From: an uncultured Acidobacteriota bacterium
GTDB lineage: Bacteria > Acidobacteriota > JAQAZP01
Direction of reading: 5' to 3'
NCBI GenBank assembly: GCA_963836075.1
Contig: CAWIIB010000001.1
Span: 1-64,000, forward strand
Length of the DNA: 64,000 nucleotides
Shown one piece after another: positions 15,111 through 25,873 of the stretch; positions within the stretch are counted from its first letter, which is position 1; the number at the start of each line of letters is the position of its first letter. The translations under genes and the position numbers were made by a program. The notes beneath the pieces were generated by a model, which was not told the DNA's origin, ran no database searches, and saw only the letters and a program-made list of their open reading frames with translations.

Positions 15111-15260
15111 GGGTTGGTTGGATTCTTTACAAGAACCAACGTCTGATAATTCGACGTTGATGTCGGTTTGGGAGGATAGGATTCGACCCCTTTCGAATTC
15201 CTTCTGTTCAGGCACTTGATCCGTTCTATTCCGCCACGGAAAAGAAACAGAGCAGATCCG

Positions 15261-16182
15261 CTACGTTACGGGCTCCGCTTGCACATTCTCAGGGGGGTCT
15301 GGAGGTGGATCACCACCTGACTCGGGCATTCCATCCCAAATCTCAAGATCATCAATCCCGTGATAAAATTGGCCTTCTGGTGTGCCGCCAGAAAAATTGC
15401 CTTGAATTGTGATGTTGACGGCTTCAGTGGCTGATCCTATAGCACCATCGCCCGCGATGTATTCCTGAGTCGCGTTTCCTGACGTTTCTTCATCTACGTC
15501 ATACCATCAACGGATTGTCCCGGTGTTCCAGTTGACATACATAGAATACTTGTGCCAAGTCCCGTCAAATGCGTCAGTGCAGACAACACGGGTTGTCCAG
15601 CCAGGTCGCGCTCTCCAGGGAACACATAATAGCCATTCGTGGGTCTATCGCCAGCGTCCGTGCTCCAGGTGCGTATACACGGCATGAGTTCCATCGTCAT
15701 GCCCCACTTTTATCCACTTGCACCAACCATCATTGGAGATGTCACTATTTTCCACCCTCGCCCAAAAACTAATGAATATTTCGCCGGTAGTGATATCCTG
15801 TCAATTCAAGGTCGCAGGTGCTACACGAAGAACCGTTGTAGACCGATGTTTGCAACGTCGTTGAACCGTGCCAGTGGTAATGCCGGACACGGCGGGGGTT
15901 AGTGCGTAATTCACGCTGTCGTCGCGGAGGAAGAAATATGACCCCGAATGTGGTGTCCACTCCGACTCTCCACTTGGGGTGTAGCCAGTCACCACCTCAG
16001 AACACGTATCATGGCTTGTGCAGTAAGCCGTGTAGCTGCTTGAGAATGGGGTAGTCAGGAGTGGTGTCTCTGTCTCCGGTCCAGTTCTCGAAGCCATAAG
16101 AGTAGATGAGTTCGGCTCCGTGAACCGCCGTCGAAGCAATCGAGCCGAGCAGAACTGCAGCGATGAATAGCGACCTCGTCAT
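15261..16182 (-). CDS. Secreted protein, possibly lectin/polysaccharide-lyase-like beta-sandwich (frameshifted)
   Basis: GGAGG RBS, signal peptide MTRSLFIAAVLLGSIASTAVHGA-ELIYSYGFE, C-terminus IDDLEIWDGMP...PPDPPENVQAEPVT. Confidence 0.55.
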
Positions 16183-17090
16183 TTACTTAATCCTCCATAT
16201 AGTTGACGAATACAGATTATGCAACATCCATGCCATGGATTGGATCAACTAGGTTCCTGTCCATCTCCTCTGATCAGCTTCTCTCATTCCTTTGAAAAAA
16301 TAGATCTTAGATGCCTTTTGGACCCGCGCACCACGACCTCCGGGAAGACCCTAATCGGATGCCGTACAGTCAATCCCTTGGCGCTTGCAACAGGAATGTA
16401 ACTCCAGAAGAACAATGTAATGAGTAAGATAAGTTCAGCATTACGATTCTGATCGACTCGAATTTACTTTCTTGTCCATAGGAGGCCAAGTAGGAGGTCA
16501 AGTGCCTCATGAGCCTGGGATCCTGCATGTGGAACTGCCGTCTGTCCGACGCCATCATCTCCGGGTGATAACGGCCCGTCAGGACCAAACGACGATGATC
16601 GCTCCCTCAATACTTTCGGTACCCCTGGGCGAGTCGACAATTCATTCTATCACGGGATTCCGGAGCATTGGAAACGATGCGCATCGTCTCGATTCTTGCT
16701 CGAAACCCACGCAGACTTCGGAGGACCCGAGCCATCTCCATTTGGACTGGCAGTCTAACTCTGGAGGTGTACAAAAACCGGGGGCAGGTCAATCCAAGCC
16801 CGGACTTCTCATAATTTCTACTGCGAGGCCCCGTCTCCGTGTATGCTGTGGACCGCCCACAAGGCTCCGGCTGCTGCGAGGTCAACCAATCAAAAGCGAT
16901 CTGATGCTGCCCCCGAAATATTGACCATGACAAGGGAAAACGCTATCCTCAGACTTAATAAAGGGGCTGAATTGGCCGAACTCTTATGGGAGCAAGCAAA
17001 GAAAACTACCGGCTTCGCTTGTTGATGAAGCGCTTTCTTGATAAATATGAAACCCCTTCGAGAAAGTAATCCCAGGGGAAAGGGGGATAT

Positions 17091-18205
17091 GTGAAAACGA
17101 AAATTCGTGAATTGCCAATTGATCAGATTGAAAGTATTTTCCCATTATACGAGGAGTCATTCAGTTATGACAGTATGATTTCATATAAAAAGCGATTTAA
17201 ATGGGAATATCTGGATAATCCCGCAACTCAATTTGGTCCATCAAAACTTTGGGTGGCCGTGAATGAGAATGAAGATGTGTTGGGGTGTATAGCTTCATTT
17301 CCCATGCGCCTTAAGATTGATGATACAGAAATTACCACCTCGGCTTCAGGGGATTTAGCCGTATTCAAGCAAGGTAGGCGCCAAGGTTTGGGCAAAAGAC
17401 TATGCCTAGCTTACCGTGACAGCGCTGATCCGCGGCTACCGATGGTTTCGGTTATGGGCCAATCACTGGAAAAATATACCGTAGCCTTGGTTATCAAGAG
17501 GTGTATTGCAAACCGATAAACTGCAGGCCGCTCAAAACATCCGACCTATACCAGTTTCTCGTTGATTCACGGAAGCTGCCCTCCTTCCTTGCGAAACAAC
17601 CTTTTCTTACCTTGAATCGGATGGCTTTTTTTTTATTAGGTCCAGTGGTTTTGATTTCTAATCGATTGCTATCACCGCGAATTTCTAAGGGAATTGAAGT
17701 CCAACAAGAAGAGTATGCTGATGAGCGATTTGACAATCTATGGGATGAGTTATCAAACCAGTTTCCCATTATTTTTCCCAGAACAAGTGGTTTTATTAAC
17801 TGGCGCTTTTTTGATGATCCGACAACTAGACACACTTTGTTCGCGGCATATTCAGAGGGTAAATTGCGAGGATATGCCGCTTGTTGTCAGACAAAACGCA
17901 AAAATATGCTTCTCGGCCGCATAATGGATATCTTCTGCCATCCTGATGATACATCTGTTATCACATCTCTTTTATCAAGGGTGTTCAGTCATCTCAAAGA
18001 AAATGGTGCGGCCATTATTTCATGCATGGGAACCCATCCCAAAATAAGGAAGATTGTTCGTAAGTACATGTATCTCCCCAGCAAGTCTCTGGAACAACCA
18101 GCCCTATTTTATTCTACCTGTCCTGAGGCACTTAAAAAGCGAATACTTGATGTGGATTCCTGGCACCTGACCCATGCCGATGGAGAAGAAGGCTTTGCTC
18201 CCTAA
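17091..18205 (+). CDS. Tandem-GNAT-fold acyltransferase, paralog of 12270-13385 (one frameshift near 17435)
   Basis: FKWEYLDNP, SGDLAV..GRRQGLG, and near-identical tail WHLTHADGEEGFAP. Confidence 0.8.
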
Positions 18206-18451
18206 AAGAAAAAATCTACATATCTTTGTTGGATAGTGGAGGGCTGGTTGTTGGATGAAAAATGGATTCCAGACGTGTCAGAGTGCGTCAGATCGGTTTT
18301 TACGTCCATTTTACTGGACCGAAGCATCGCTAACCCTGCGTAAGATTCAGGAACATCGGCGCTAACCAGGACATCTCACAGTCCATCTGCTGCGAAGGCG
18401 TTGATATTATAGGGACCATCCACTCAATCGAATCCTCTTGCACGTGCTCCT

Positions 18452-19379
18452 TCAGGAGGACGGAGAGGAACGAAAAAGATAAATCAGTGAAAGGCTTCTG
18501 CCCGCCAGATAGAACAGATAGATCGGTACCAGCGGGAAAAAACGGGAACTGTACCGCTCCGGAGGCACCGATGAAAGCTGACAGCTGCCAACAGCAATAG
18601 AAGACCACCTCCGAAAAGCAAAGAGGCCCTGCCATTCAACATCAGCAGGGACGCGACCAGGAACATCACCAAGGAAACGAACAGCACGCTGGACCAGAAA
18701 GGCAGGTAGGTGGGATTCCTTTTTAGAATCGTAAGCGTCTCCATTCCGTACCAAATCTCCTTTTTGAAACGCTGCCAAAGGGTTTTGGGGCCGCGGAGGT
18801 GGATCACGCGAATACGGTCGTCCGAGACAACCCTGAATCCCGCGGCTCGTACTCGACTACAGAATTCGTAGTCCTCTCCGGTCTGTATTTCTTCACAGAA
18901 CATGCCGAATCGATTGAACAGGTTATTACGGACAAACATATTTGCTGTGCCCAGAAAGTGAACGGAGGTGACACCTGAAGGTTTTTGTACCGGTACCAGG
19001 CTCTCTCTACCCAGGTCGTTTCCCTGGGAAGAGAACAATGGCAACCCGTCACCCCAATGTCTTCCTCCTCCAGCCGTTCCACCGCATACCGAATCCACCC
19101 CGGTTCAGGAAGACAGTCCGAGTCGAGAAAGGCCAGGATCTCCCCGGAGGCCACGCCGGCACCCAGGTTTCTCAATCCAGCGATGTTGACTTTGTCGTTC
19201 CGTAGGATTTTGGCCCCCAACTCGCTGGCGATCTGTACGGTCCTGTCCGTGGATCCATTGTCCACAAGGATCACTTCCAGGGGAATAAATTCCTGTTGTT
19301 TCAGGGCCTTGAGGCATCCCCCGATGTAGGCCCCCTCATTGTAAGCCGGAATGATGACCGACACGCGCGGGTGGATCAT
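18452..19379 (-). CDS. GT2 glycosyltransferase with C-terminal TM helices (frameshifted)
   Basis: VSVIIPAYNE, VDNGSTD, RNLGA, FLDSD, GEDYEF. Confidence 0.9.
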
Positions 19380-20605
19380 GATCCAACTCCGATACAAAAT
19401 ATCTGCGTTTTCCACTTTCCATCCGGGGAATGTGCTTCGTGATCTCAAACTTCACATCCATGTCCGGGTGGATCCTCTCCCGGATCATCCCTCGGATGAA
19501 ATCCTGCAACCCCATACTCGTCCCTTCCCGTAGACTCATTTCGACCCGAATGACGTCAAGCCGGATCTGAACAAAGCGAAGCTGTTCAACGGAATCATAT
19601 CGTTTGACCAGTTCTTTCATGATGTATGAGAAAATGTTGCTGTGGACGCGACGTCCTCCCGGGGCTTTCACAATGTCGGACGACCGCCCGATTACATCCT
19701 CCATGACTCGGAATGGGAGGGAGCATGTGCAGATACCCAGCCCGTCTCCCCGAACCAAATCACCGGTATCATAGCGGATCAGGGGGTAGGATTGCGAATG
19801 AAGATTCGTAACGAGGATCCGAAACAATCCACTAGCTTCATCCTTTTCATACTCCACGTAAACACAGTCCTCCATGACATGGTGACTCCCATCCGGGTGC
19901 TGAAAGGAAATTACGCCTGTTTCAGCCGTCCCGTACTCGCTCACCACGGGGCATCCGAAGAAGGTACGGGCAAAATCCCTCTGATGTTCGGGCATCATTT
20001 CCGCCGTGTATTTGATGAGCCGAAGCGGGATGGCTGATGTGGAAAGACCCTCCCTGGCGCAGAAGCGGGCGAACTCGTAGATCAACGTGCCGTAGCCGCT
20101 CAGAAGGTGGGGTTGTCTGCGGACCATGGGACCGATAAAAATCCCGACATATCTCGTCGGATAGGTCAAAGGCCCGTTCCCGAAATCGGTTCAAGACAAA
20201 ATCCCTTGCACGGGCCATGATTGCATCCTTTCTGTCCAACGGGATTCCCCACAAGTAGGCTTCCCGGGCGCAGATATCCAGGCCGTGCCATCGCAAGCCC
20301 CTGTAAAGGGCCGCGTAACTGAGGGCCTTAACCTCCTTGTCACGATAAAACTTCAGCGGCTGCCGGTGGAACCTGAGGTCTTAGCGGAATAGATCCGCCT
20401 TACGTTTTCGGACAGGAGGCAATTCTGATTCTCCCGGATTGCGGCTTTGCTCAGCAAGGGGATCCGTCGAACATCCTCCGGCGTGGAAACCCGTTGTATG
20501 TTAACCCCGGCGCGGTCAAGGGTCTCCCGGTAGTAAGGAACGTTGTCGTAGGCATGTCGGAGGAGTCCAAGAAGTTTGTCAAACTGTTCCTGCTGAAATG
20601 TATAG
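19336..20605 (-). pseudogene. Second PaaK/CapK-like ligase, 5'-truncated and frameshifted
   Basis: HAYDNVPYYR, KTSGST, EYGTAETG, PLIRYDTGD, SGKRRYF. The 5' end is replaced by an IS91-like fragment. Confidence 0.8.
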
Positions 20606-21191
20606 GCATTCCTCTTCCCGGGGCAGCACTGCTCGCTCCTCTTGCTGGTATTTGACAGCCCACTCCGGCGGACCGTGAGCCCGGGGGACGACCGTGCTCA
20701 CCCCCAGGTGCTCGAGGATGCGGCGGATCACCTGGTCTTGAGATGTCCTGATGAACGAGATGATCTTCATCTCCGCCTCACAATTGGGGCAGCGTAGAAC
20801 TTCAATCTCGAACACCTGGCGCAGCAGCTGTGACCAGTTGCGCCTTCGCGTGCTCGCCGGTGGCGGGGGCTGACTCTGAACAGCCGCCGGCCCTTCTCTC
20901 TCCCGCCTCCTCCGCTCGGCCCGACTCCTCACCGAGTAGTATCCGTAGTCGCGAACCATCTGCACTCCTGGCGGCGGCACCTGCAGTGCCAGCAGCGACA
21001 GAAAGGTCAGCGCATTATACTGGGCCACCATCGGACGAACCCCTCCCGACTTCTTTGAGCTGCGCACGGTGACCGTGCCGCCGGCTTTGTCGTATTCCAC
21101 CCTTTCCGCAGACACCGCCGGACGGGCCAAGTAGCGCACTAGCCGCTTGAGACGACCGTAATCCCCCACCTCCACCTTCACCGAGCCGTCC
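20606..21191 (-). mobile_element. IS91-like transposase C-terminal fragment
   Basis: Close paralog of 34222-35106 (VRYLARPAVSAER, YGYYS, CPNC...MKIISFI), truncated at both ends. Confidence 0.85.
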
Positions 21192-21481
21192 GCAAGTTGC
21201 GAAAGGGCGGCTGGCCTTCATCGATCTGCGCGTGGGATCACAGGGCGCCACTGTGACAGCCAGCGACCCTGACACCTCCGTGGTGGTGGTACTACGGTAT
21301 GCGCAGTAGCACCGGTGAATGACCTGATGAGCCGGGCTAGGGGCTGCGACGGAGATGAGTTCCTCATAAGAATTTATGCAATATTTAACTGGAGGTGCCC
21401 ATGCTGATTCGTCTACTTGGATTGTTGGTAGGAGGGTGGTTCATGTTCGGTGCTGCAACACAAGCCTGGGCTGGTGAGTTA

Positions 21482-22149
21482 GTGCTCTGTTAAAGAACTC
21501 GGTTTGAGTTTTGCCGTTCGAAGAGTTTTTCGTCCTTGGCGTTCCTGTTTCGCCATCGGATGTATTCTTGCAACGCTTTTCCTATTTCGTCGTGATTCGC
21601 GTAGTCGCTGTTATTGATCACGAAGTGTCTTATCGGTGTGAAGTGGCATTCGATCCTGTTCATCCATGAAGCATAAGTCGCGGTGAAGACCAGGGTGATG
21701 TTGTTATCGTCGCAGTAGTCAACAACTTCCTCGCGTTTGTGCGGCGAGAAGTTGTCCAGAACGATGAAGATCTTTCGCCCATCGTCATATCGATTTCGGA
21801 TGGACTTGAAGAAGGCAAGTGTTTCATTCCATCGCTTTCGCTTCTTCTGGTGCATCCAGAGTTTATCTGTATGGACATCGTACGCTGCCAAATAGTGACG
21901 GACACCGTGCAGGCGCCTGTAAGTTGCTCGATGACGAATCGGCCTTCGCTGATAAGCCCAGGACGATCCGGCCTGTGGCCGAACCTCGATCGGGCCGAAC
22001 TCGTCAAAGCAGATTACCGATGACCCTTTCGGCGCTTTCCGGTAGAACCACGCAATGCGTTTTTTTTAGCATCGAACTCCGGATCGTTGGAGCGTGTCCA
22101 TGTCCGCGTTCGCTGAAACGAGACCTTCTCTTTCTTGAGAACGGAGCGA
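21482..22149 (-). mobile_element. IS630-family element, 3' half (DDE domain and right IR)
   Basis: DEFGP, IVLDNFSPH, ASWMNRIE. A7 slippery site near 22060-22067. IR GTGCTCTGTT follows a TA. Confidence 0.9.
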
Positions 22150-22233
22150 CTGGTCATCGGGAGTGCTTACAGTCCCCCTCAGGGCCTCGCTGCTGGGTTG
22201 TGATGAGGACGCCCAACCAGCCAACTTTGGTTA

Positions 22234-23139
22234 GAAGTGGTTTCATAACCCTCTGAGCGCTAACAGCGCACAGGCAAAGTGGATAAACGCCAGATACATT
22301 CTTGCTGAGTGTTCATATCGTACGATTAACCGTCTGAAGGATCCGAGCCATGCAATGGTTCTCTCAACGATCCAACGCTTTCGATACCGCCTCAGTTTCC
22401 TGCCGTCCTGCGTTGGCGGCTTCTTACGATTCCTACGATGGGGACAGATGAGCTCGATGCCTCTTTTTCCAAGCGCCTCTCGAAACGGATCACTATCGTA
22501 TGCTTTGTCTGCGATGAGTCGTTTGGGCTTGGTCTTCGGTCGTCCAGGTCCCCCTCTTGGTACTGATATCGTGGCTAACGTTTCCGGCGCGAGCTTGACT
22601 TCCGCTGGTGAGGCCGAGGCAATGGAAATTCCCAGAGGTAAACCCTTGCCGTCGACCACCACCATGCACTTCGAGCCCTTGCCCCGCTTGGTTTTGCCGA
22701 CTTTAGAGCCCCTTTTTTAGCTGGAGAGAAGGTGCCATCAATGAAGCATTCCTCCCAGTCTATTCGGCCGTCAACATCAAGCTCGCTGAGATATGCCCGC
22801 CACATCCTCAGCCATGTTCCGTCTTCTTCCCAAAGGCTTAATCGACGCCAGCAGGTCGAAGGGCTCGGATACTCTCGAGGAAGGTCGCGCCATCGTGCTC
22901 CAGTCTTGAGAACCCAGAGGATCCCATCGATCACATCACGGTTGCTGATCCAAGGGCGCCCTCCTCGCTTCGATTGCGGGAGCGGCGGTAACAACGGTTC
23001 GATCTTATTCCACTGCTCGTCAGTCAGCTTGATGCGTTTTCTGGCCATTCGGTTCACCTCCGAATAGCCTATTACCAGAATTGGATAAAAAGTACAAGTC
23101 CAAAGACTTAAATACGATCAGAGGTTATGAAACCACTTC
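22234..23139 (-). mobile_element. IS5-family (IS427 group) element, complete, two ORFs with probable programmed frameshift
   Basis: IRs GAAGTGGTTTCATAACC / GGTTATGAAACCACTTC with TA duplication. ORFs 22575-23057 (GARWRDLP, IDGT) and 22243-22665 (ADKAYD, RWIVER). Confidence 0.95.
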
Positions 23140-23156
23140 TAGATAGCCGTACAAAG

Positions 23157-23192
23157 CAACACCGGCCCAGGTAGTCCCGAGCCGGTGCTGTG
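23157..23192 (-). terminator. Hairpin just downstream of the 23200 stop (also in copies A and B)
   Basis: CACCGGC...GCCGGTG stem with only a weak U tail. Confidence 0.5.
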
Positions 23193-23199
23193 TTAGCGA

Positions 23200-25307
23200 C
23201 TATGGCGCGATCCCCGTCACCGTGCAGAAGGCAGTGTCAGTGTCGCCCGCCGGTGGATACGGAGGTTGGTTATATGGCGCCGGTGTTACGTCTTCGGCCA
23301 CAAAGGTAATGATGTTGTCCCCCACCAACGTTCCAAGGGCCGGAAGGTTCTGGTTCCAGGCCCATATGTAACTGTCCCCTCGCGATATGTTTGTGTACCC
23401 CGACCGCCAGTTAGCGAAATACCCACCCCCGCCGAGGGTGAGGTGGATCTTCGCCGCCAGCCACCGAATCTGGCCTCTGTATATGTTGGACAGTGTGGCC
23501 GTAATATGGATGGTGAAGGGTAGCGTGCCTGAGGAGGGCATGCAAGTCAGGTCAGCGGCGACCGTAGACGGGCATGGGACAGAAAGCCCATTTCCATGGT
23601 GGTAACCCATATCAACCATGCCGGTGTCGTTCACATGATCGATGCGGGTCGTGAAATCGCCCAGGCAGATTTCTCCGCCGGGCCCGTCGTAGCAGATGTT
23701 CTCCGCGAGGTCGCTGCCGGCGTCGATGCAGAGACTGTCATCTGCCTGCCCGGTGGCGATATGGCTGAGATAGGAACAGCCGTCGGGCCCAACGACAAAA
23801 TGCGGATCAGAATCAATATTGGTTTCTCCGGGATCAGGATATCCCCCATGAACGTCGGAATAGGTGACGAGTCCATCACACCCATCAATCTCATCCGGAT
23901 AATTGTCCCAGACAATGCAGTTCTCGATTACAGCCGATGACGTCTCACAGTAAACACCGCCACCATGCATTGATATATTTCCATCTCCGTAGTTGAGCAT
24001 AATTGTATTGTTTACTATCACAGGCGAGGAGTCCTCCCCACAGAAGATTCCCCCACCGTACCCATGCATCCCAGTAAACCCTATAATCATATTGCCTGAG
24101 ATTCTATTGTTAAATATTGTTGGTCCTGAATAACCTTGACACGCTATTCCGGCCCCACTCCTATTACTAAATTCACGGGGAAGAATCGAATTGTTGTAAA
24201 TGAGGTTGTTGGCGATGATTGGTGATGAATTATAGATATAAATACCACCACCACCTCCACTAGAGCTTTCATCTTCATATTTGAGGTCCAGATCAGACGC
24301 GGTACTCAAATAATTATCGCATATTGTATTATCAATTATTAGAGGTGAAGAGTTTGTCGTGCAGCTTATTCCCCCACCCGGTGCTCCATCGTAAGTGTAG
24401 TTTCCCGCTATTCTATTGTTCGATATTTCTGGAGATGAGTAATAATCGCAACAAATACCTCCACCATTTCCTAGATCAGTCCAATTGTGTTCAATTATAT
24501 TGTTGTGTATCTCAGGTGAAGAGCTGTCGCAGTATATGGCGCCTCCTCCTCCAAATATTCCATAGTTATCATGAATTATATTATCGCGAATAACTACATT
24601 TGAGTTTTCACAATATATGGCACCTCCACGTACCAACGCGAAATTCGAATAAATTATATTATTTTGGATGTTTGCATTGGAATTATCACAATGAATTCCG
24701 CCACCATCTCCCTCTGTACCTATTATCATATATAATGTTTCCCAGAATAATCGGATCTGAATTCAGGCAATGGATACCTCCTCCAGCGTTGTCACTATAA
24801 TCGACGACGAATCCACGAATGATATTGTTTTCGATTGTTGGAGAGGAACCTTCACACCGTATTCCGCTTGACCCATAAAGCGTAGAGCCTGTACTGAATC
24901 GTAAACCCCCTGACAATTGATCCGGGGCCCTCATCAGTGTGGAAGAAAAAGCAGGGAACCGCAGGGTCTTCAACTTCGATCACACAGTTCTCAGACCCAT
25001 TTTCCGATTGCAAGATGATCTCCTTGCCGAAGTAATCCAGATCTCGATTCCCAACTCCGCAGTAGGTGCCATCGGCAACTTGGACATTATCGCCACTCAA
25101 GGCGACGTTAAGCCCCTCCTGGATCGCATCGAAGGGATGTTCGACCGAGCCGTCCTCCAACTGATCGCTAACGCTAGGATCGCCTGGCCCGGGATCATTC
25201 GGGGCATCATCATCCACATACCAAGTGGTCTGTGCGTGTGACGGCATCGCGAGTGCAAGGCTAGCAACCGACAGGACGAGTGCGAGGAAGAGGCATCTGC
25301 TGTTCAT
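23200..25307 (-). CDS. Secreted right-handed parallel beta-helix protein with distinct C-terminal domain (frameshifted)
   Basis: Signal peptide MNSRCLFLAL...SHA, WYVDDDAP, PFDAIQEG, many GGGIxC..SSPxI repeats, tail EDVTPAPYNQPPYPPAGDTDTAFCTVTGIAP. Confidence 0.85.
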
Positions 25308-25525
25308 TGTGTTCCCCTTTAGAAGCATGGGTTCTCCAGGACAGGAGAAAATGGCCGGTACGCCATAAAAAATCTTGGACTGAATATATGTTTCTTGTCT
25401 GAAACAGTCAAGACGACACGCCTGCTCAGAAGGCCCCATAGGCCAATTTCCTGAATAAAATGTGCTTATGGCTCCCTCCTGGAAACGCAGATCCTCTTCC
25501 CCCCATCCACCCCCGTCCCCAAAAC

Positions 25526-25873
25526 CTAAGGGAGTGGTAGCAGCTACCATTTGCCGACTAAGGTGTGCCCCGGACAAAACGTCAGCCGATCGCTAGAGTT
25601 GCTACCTGCCTCGGGAGGGCGGTCGGACAGTCTCGGAGGGGTCAGGTATGGGTTGGCCGTGAGGATGCGTACAGGCCCCCTCAGGGCCTCGCTGCGGGGC
25701 TGTGGTGAGGAATATCAGCCGGCGGGCGCGGAGATGGATGGCCCTACATAGCAACACCGGCCCAGGTAGTCCCAAGCCGGTGCTGTGCTGTCCGTTAGGG
25801 TGCGATCCCCGTCACCGTGCAGGTGGAGTGTCGGTGTTTCCGATCAGTTCGTCATCCGGCGGTATGGCTCCGT
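25526..25873. repeat. Conserved intergenic element, copy A
   Basis: Colinear with 28801-29140. Palindrome TGGTAGCAGCTACCA at 25535-25549. Confidence 0.88.

Larger units (their letters stand above)
22150..23240. repeat. Conserved intergenic element, copy C (left-truncated, interrupted by IS5)
   Basis: CCCCCTCAGGGCCTCGCTG, AGCAACACCGGCCCAGGTAGTCCCGAGCCGGTGCTGTG and GCGATCCCCGTCACCGTGCAG are shared with copies A and B. Confidence 0.85.

Noticed and set aside
16300-17050. Possible methyltransferase remnant (EMARVL)
   Set aside because: A single short motif with broken frames is insufficient support.
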